NCBI GenBank assembly: GCA_965199825.1 | Contig: OZ241329.1 | Span: 2,176,001 to 2,240,000 of the forward strand | From: Bdellovibrionales bacterium | Lineage (GTDB): Bacteria > Bdellovibrionota > Bdellovibrionia > Bdellovibrionales > UBA1609 | Reading direction: 5' to 3' | Length of the DNA: 64,000 bases | In this document: positions 60,597-64,000 of the stretch, piece by piece | Layout of the letters: each line of letters starts with the position of its first letter | Numbering within the stretch: position 1 is the stretch's first letter | The notes under the pieces: generated by a model | Told to the model about the DNA's origin: nothing | Database searches by the model: none | Seen by the model: the letters and a program-made list of their open reading frames with translations, nothing else | Program-made: the position numbers and the translations under genes

Positions 60597-62883
60597 TTTG
60601 AGTTAAAGGGGTGTGAAGATGATAATGGATGCGTTCGATAAATGAGTCGACTTCGATCGGCTTGGTCAGATGATCATTTAATCCAAACGCTTTTGATTTT
60701 TCTTTATCGTCATGAAACGCATTTGCGGTCAGAGCCAAAATTGGCCCAATGAATCCTTTTTGACGTAAAATCTTTGTCATCGTGTAACCGTCCATGATGG
60801 GCATTTGAATATCTGTTAGTATCAGATCATATTTTTTTTGTAACGCCATCTCAACACCTTCTTGCCCATTGCTTGCGGTTTCGATTTCGGCTCCGTGATG
60901 GCGCAAAACATTTTCAAATAAACTGCGATTGTCCTCAGAATCCTCGATCAATAAAATTTGCGAGCCTTGAATCGACGAATTTTTTGATGAGGTTGAATGG
61001 GTTATGGCTTTCGAATTCTCAATAACCAACGGCAGTATCAATGCAAAGGTACTGCCCACTCCAGGCTGACTGGAAACCAAAAAGAATCGGCCCTTCATCG
61101 CCTCGGCTAGCCTCTTTGACAACATCAATCCCAGTCCCGTGCCGCCAAACTTTCGAGTGGTCGAAGCATCAGCTTGGCCAAAAGGTTTAAAAAGTTTGGT
61201 CTGACTTTCTTCCTCGATGCCAATCCCGGTGTCGGTAATCATATACTCAAGGGTGGATGGATCTTTCAGAGTTAAGCTTAAGTGAATCACACCTTCAGGA
61301 GTAAATTTGATCGCATTGCCAATCACATTGAATAAAATTTGTCTTAATCTTGTGGTGTCAGATTGAATAATCTCGGGCACGTCGTCAGCCACATGGCTTT
61401 TTAAAAGAAGTCCGCGATCGGAAGCGCGAGGGGACATCAGCTCAAAAATTTCGCTCAAAAATCCACGAATATTTATATTGATAAATTCGAACTCTAATTT
61501 TCCGGCTTCGATTTTTGAAAAATCTAAGATGTCATCGATGATTTGCATAAGGGCATGGCCATTGCGACGAATAGTCGCCGCAAATTGGGTGCGTTCATTG
61601 TCATCGCCAGGTTTTCTCACCAAGAGCTCGGTAAATCCCATGATCGCCCCAAGCGGTGTTCTGATTTCGTGGCTCATGTTGGCCAAAAATTGACCTTTAG
61701 CTTCATTGGCATGTTCGGCTTGATGTTTGGCTTGGTGCAAATCTTCCTGAATTTTTTTAAGTGGAGAAATATCTTGAAACGCGATGGCTACTGCGGGGTC
61801 TTGTTCATAAATCGGCTCAATATAAGCCGAATCGACAAGCACAAATTTTTCGCACACACTTGTTTTGAGTAAAAATTCGCCACCCGAAAATTGTTCGCCC
61901 ACACTGGGCGACAGATAAGGAAGAGGCAAAGATTCAAGTTTATCGCCATTTTTTTGAAAAAATAAATTGGCCACCGTGTTTTCACCAGCCAACACTTTTG
62001 CACCCGCTTTGTTTGTAAATCGAATTTCGTGTGTTTGTGGATTTACCAATAAAAACGGCACGGGTAAGAAATCTAAAACAGTTTCAAACCAACGGGTTTG
62101 GTTGAGTTGCCGTTGCTCGAATTCTCTTTTGTCTGTTTCGTCGCGGATAATGGCGGCAAATCCGTTGGCAATTCCTTTGGCAGAATAAATGTAAGAGAGC
62201 GAGCCCGCGCCCCAAAATATGGTTTTATCTCGCCGCCGAAACCATTTTTCAACCCGCATATTTTTTTTTGAGTAATCAATTTCTGCATGGGATTCAAAAA
62301 GAAATTCAAAAGTATTTCCTAAAACTTCGTCGGTCGAAAATCCAAACAGATGCTCGGCCCCTTTGTTCCACTGAGTAATTGCTCCATGAAGATCTAAAAG
62401 GATGATTGCGTGATCGCGCACACTGTCGACCAGCAAGGAGAGCTGCTCTTGGGTTGCTCGTAACTTTTCGGTTTTTTCAAAAATTTCAAGATCTTGGGCA
62501 TGTTTTTTAATGGCGTTTCGAGTGGCGCGGAGCAGATTTCCAGTAGAGAGATCTGATTTTAAAAGATAATCCTGAGCTCCGCACTTAAGCGCTTGCACCG
62601 CAATGCGCTCATCACCTTGGCCTGTGATCATCACGAGTGGTGCACGCTCGATGAGGCCTAAAATTTTGAGCCGGTCCAAAAATTCGAGGCCATTCATGTC
62701 TGGCAGTTGGTAGTCAAGCAGGATGCAATTAAAACTTTCTTTCAACAATCGATTGAGTGCCTCTTGGCCCACTTCACACTCAACAAATTCAAAAAGATAA
62801 TCGTCGTTTTTATTTAAACTCTCACGATAAATTTCTCGATCTTGAATTGAGTCATCAATAATCAATATTTTTTGTTTAAGCAT
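60580..62883 (-). CDS. Cytoplasmic hybrid kinase REC-PAS-PAS-HisKA-HATPase-REC
   Basis: IIDDS..LDYQLPD..TGQGDE..YLLK; ANMSHEIRTPLG; GGTGLGL; TDIQMP. Confidence 0.92.
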   Translation of the reverse strand: MLKQKILIIDDSIQDREIYRESLNKNDDYLFEFVECEVGQEALNRLLKESFNCILLDYQLPDMNGLEFLDRLKILGLIERAPLVMITGQGDERIAVQALKCGAQDYLLKSDLSTGNLLRATRNAIKKHAQDLEIFEKTEKLRATQEQLSLLVDSVRDHAIILLDLHGAITQWNKGAEHLFGFSTDEVLGNTFEFLFESHAEIDYSKKNMRVEKWFRRRDKTIFWGAGSLSYIYSAKGIANGFAAIIRDETDKREFEQRQLNQTRWFETVLDFLPVPFLLVNPQTHEIRFTNKAGAKVLAGENTVANLFFQKNGDKLESLPLPYLSPSVGEQFSGGEFLLKTSVCEKFVLVDSAYIEPIYEQDPAVAIAFQDISPLKKIQEDLHQAKHQAEHANEAKGQFLANMSHEIRTPLGAIMGFTELLVRKPGDDNERTQFAATIRRNGHALMQIIDDILDFSKIEAGKLEFEFININIRGFLSEIFELMSPRASDRGLLLKSHVADDVPEIIQSDTTRLRQILFNVIGNAIKFTPEGVIHLSLTLKDPSTLEYMITDTGIGIEEESQTKLFKPFGQADASTTRKFGGTGLGLMLSKRLAEAMKGRFFLVSSQPGVGSTFALILPLVIENSKAITHSTSSKNSSIQGSQILLIEDSEDNRSLFENVLRHHGAEIETASNGQEGVEMALQKKYDLILTDIQMPIMDGYTMTKILRQKGFIGPILALTANAFHDDKEKSKAFGLNDHLTKPIEVDSFIERIHYHLHTPLTQNAVHI

Positions 62884-63343
62884 AGGGCTGTCTCACTAAT
62901 TCAAACTGATTTACTCGTGGCAGGATCGTGTCTTCGAGCCAATATTCTTTAAAGCGTTGCACAAAGGTTTCCATGCGTTCATAGCCGGCGGGTTTAACAT
63001 GATAGCTACTTGCCCCTTCAAAATAACAGCGCTCGATATCTTTTGGATTCGATGAGGTTGTTAAAATGATAACAGGCACAATTCGAAATTGCTCGTGACG
63101 TTTTAACAATTTTAAAACTTCGATGCCATCAAGCCCAATCAAATTTAAATCAAGAAGGATCAGTCCCGGAGGTCGCGGCAATTCTTCAAGCGTCTTAAAA
63201 ACTTCCTCGCCCGCAATACATCGCACCACGGGGTTGTCGATCTTAAGATCTGCAAAAAGTGACATTAAAAGCTCAAAATCCTCGTCGCTATCTTCGGCTA
63301 TGAGGAGCGAGAGGCTTTCATTGCCCCACATGAATGTCATCAC
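62876..63343 (-). CDS. Phytochrome-associated (Rcp1-like) single-domain response regulator
   Basis: AEDSDED, LLDLNL, ILTTSSNPKDIERCY, YHVKP, EYWL; start may be ATG 63331. Confidence 0.85.
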   Translation of the reverse strand: MMTFMWGNESLSLLIAEDSDEDFELLMSLFADLKIDNPVVRCIAGEEVFKTLEELPRPPGLILLDLNLIGLDGIEVLKLLKRHEQFRIVPVIILTTSSNPKDIERCYFEGASSYHVKPAGYERMETFVQRFKEYWLEDTILPRVNQFELVRQPYA

Positions 63344-64000
63344 TCATTGTGAAATAAAAGGTGGTGCCTTCGTTCACGTTGGAATCGAGCCAAATTGTGC
63401 CATTATGCCGCTCAATAATTTTTCGGGTGATGGTCAACCCCGTTCCGGTTCCTCCACCAAATTTTTCTTTGGCATGAAGGCGCTTAAAAATTTTAAAAAT
63501 AGCTGTGTGATAATTAGAATCGATTCCGATTCCATTGTCGCGAACAAAAAACACATCTTCGCCGCTTTTGCCGCGAATGCTACCAATCACCACACTTTTA
63601 CTTGGGCTTAAATTGTATTTAAGAGCGTTACTTACCAAATTGGTGAACACTTCGTTAATCAAAACCCGATCACATGTGATCGAAGGTAGATCTTCTTGCA
63701 CTTCGATATGGGCCTTTTTTTCTTCAATCAAAACTCTTAAAGATTCGAGTGCGTTTTTGACGATCTGGTTGGTATCACTCTCACGAATGGTGAGCTCGGC
63801 TCGGCCGACTTGGGAATAATGAAGTAGTGAATTGATCAAGTTCTCAGACCGCTCGGTGAGCTTTACAATTTTATCTAATCGCTCAACCGCATGAAGTGGA
63901 ATTAAACCCTCTTCTTTTTTAAGCAAAAAAGTGGCGTAATTGTGAATGCCGCGAAGCGGTTCCTTTAAATCATGAGAGGCCGCGTAGGCAAAAGAATCAA
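63318..64000 (-). CDS. Histidine kinase C-terminus, probably a bacteriophytochrome (5' part outside window)
   Basis: Frame stays open to the window end: DSFAYAASHDLKEPLRGIHNY H-box, NLVSNALKYN, FKRLH, GTGTGL; upstream of an Rcp1-like RR and bphO. Confidence 0.75.
   Translation of the reverse strand, partial: DSFAYAASHDLKEPLRGIHNYATFLLKKEEGLIPLHAVERLDKIVKLTERSENLINSLLHYSQVGRAELTIRESDTNQIVKNALESLRVLIEEKKAHIEVQEDLPSITCDRVLINEVFTNLVSNALKYNLSPSKSVVIGSIRGKSGEDVFFVRDNGIGIDSNYHTAIFKIFKRLHAKEKFGGGTGTGLTITRKIIERHNGTIWLDSNVNEGTTFYFTMSDDIHVGQ

Overview
64-kb bacterial chromosomal window, probably from a Bdellovibrionota/Oligoflexia-type organism. That taxonomy is my inference from the FQNC-type lipoprotein signal, a stand-alone SWIB protein and many orphan secreted proteins. 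Three zones. (1) 1-33.3 kb is mostly core genes: partial multi-PAS kinase, argS, cheY plus HD-GYP, tamA/tamB-like pair, GT2, NamZ-like, purKE, two dus paralogues, grx, EVE, fumC, LOG, bolA, ettA, SWIB, map, ahcY, orn, Smr, and an apparently inactive ALDH, ending at tRNA-Asp(GTC). (2) 33.3-53.6 kb is an accessory region directly after the tRNA. It holds two copies of a ~450-bp non-coding repeat that begins with the exact reverse complement of the tRNA-Asp 3' end, and almost exclusively signal-peptide proteins: a GH99/71-like lipoprotein, a gluzincin, a Cys-repeat beta-helix lipoprotein, a PAD-type deiminase, a MutS-type ATPase and three tandem paralogues. Five of these end in a shared C-x-x-[LM]-L motif. 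(3) 53.6-64 kb is a signalling cluster: two divergent hybrid kinases and a probable bacteriophytochrome-RR-hybrid kinase-bphO operon cut by the window end. No CRISPR array, integrase or transposase was recognised. All calls are by eye from motifs; no database search was run.
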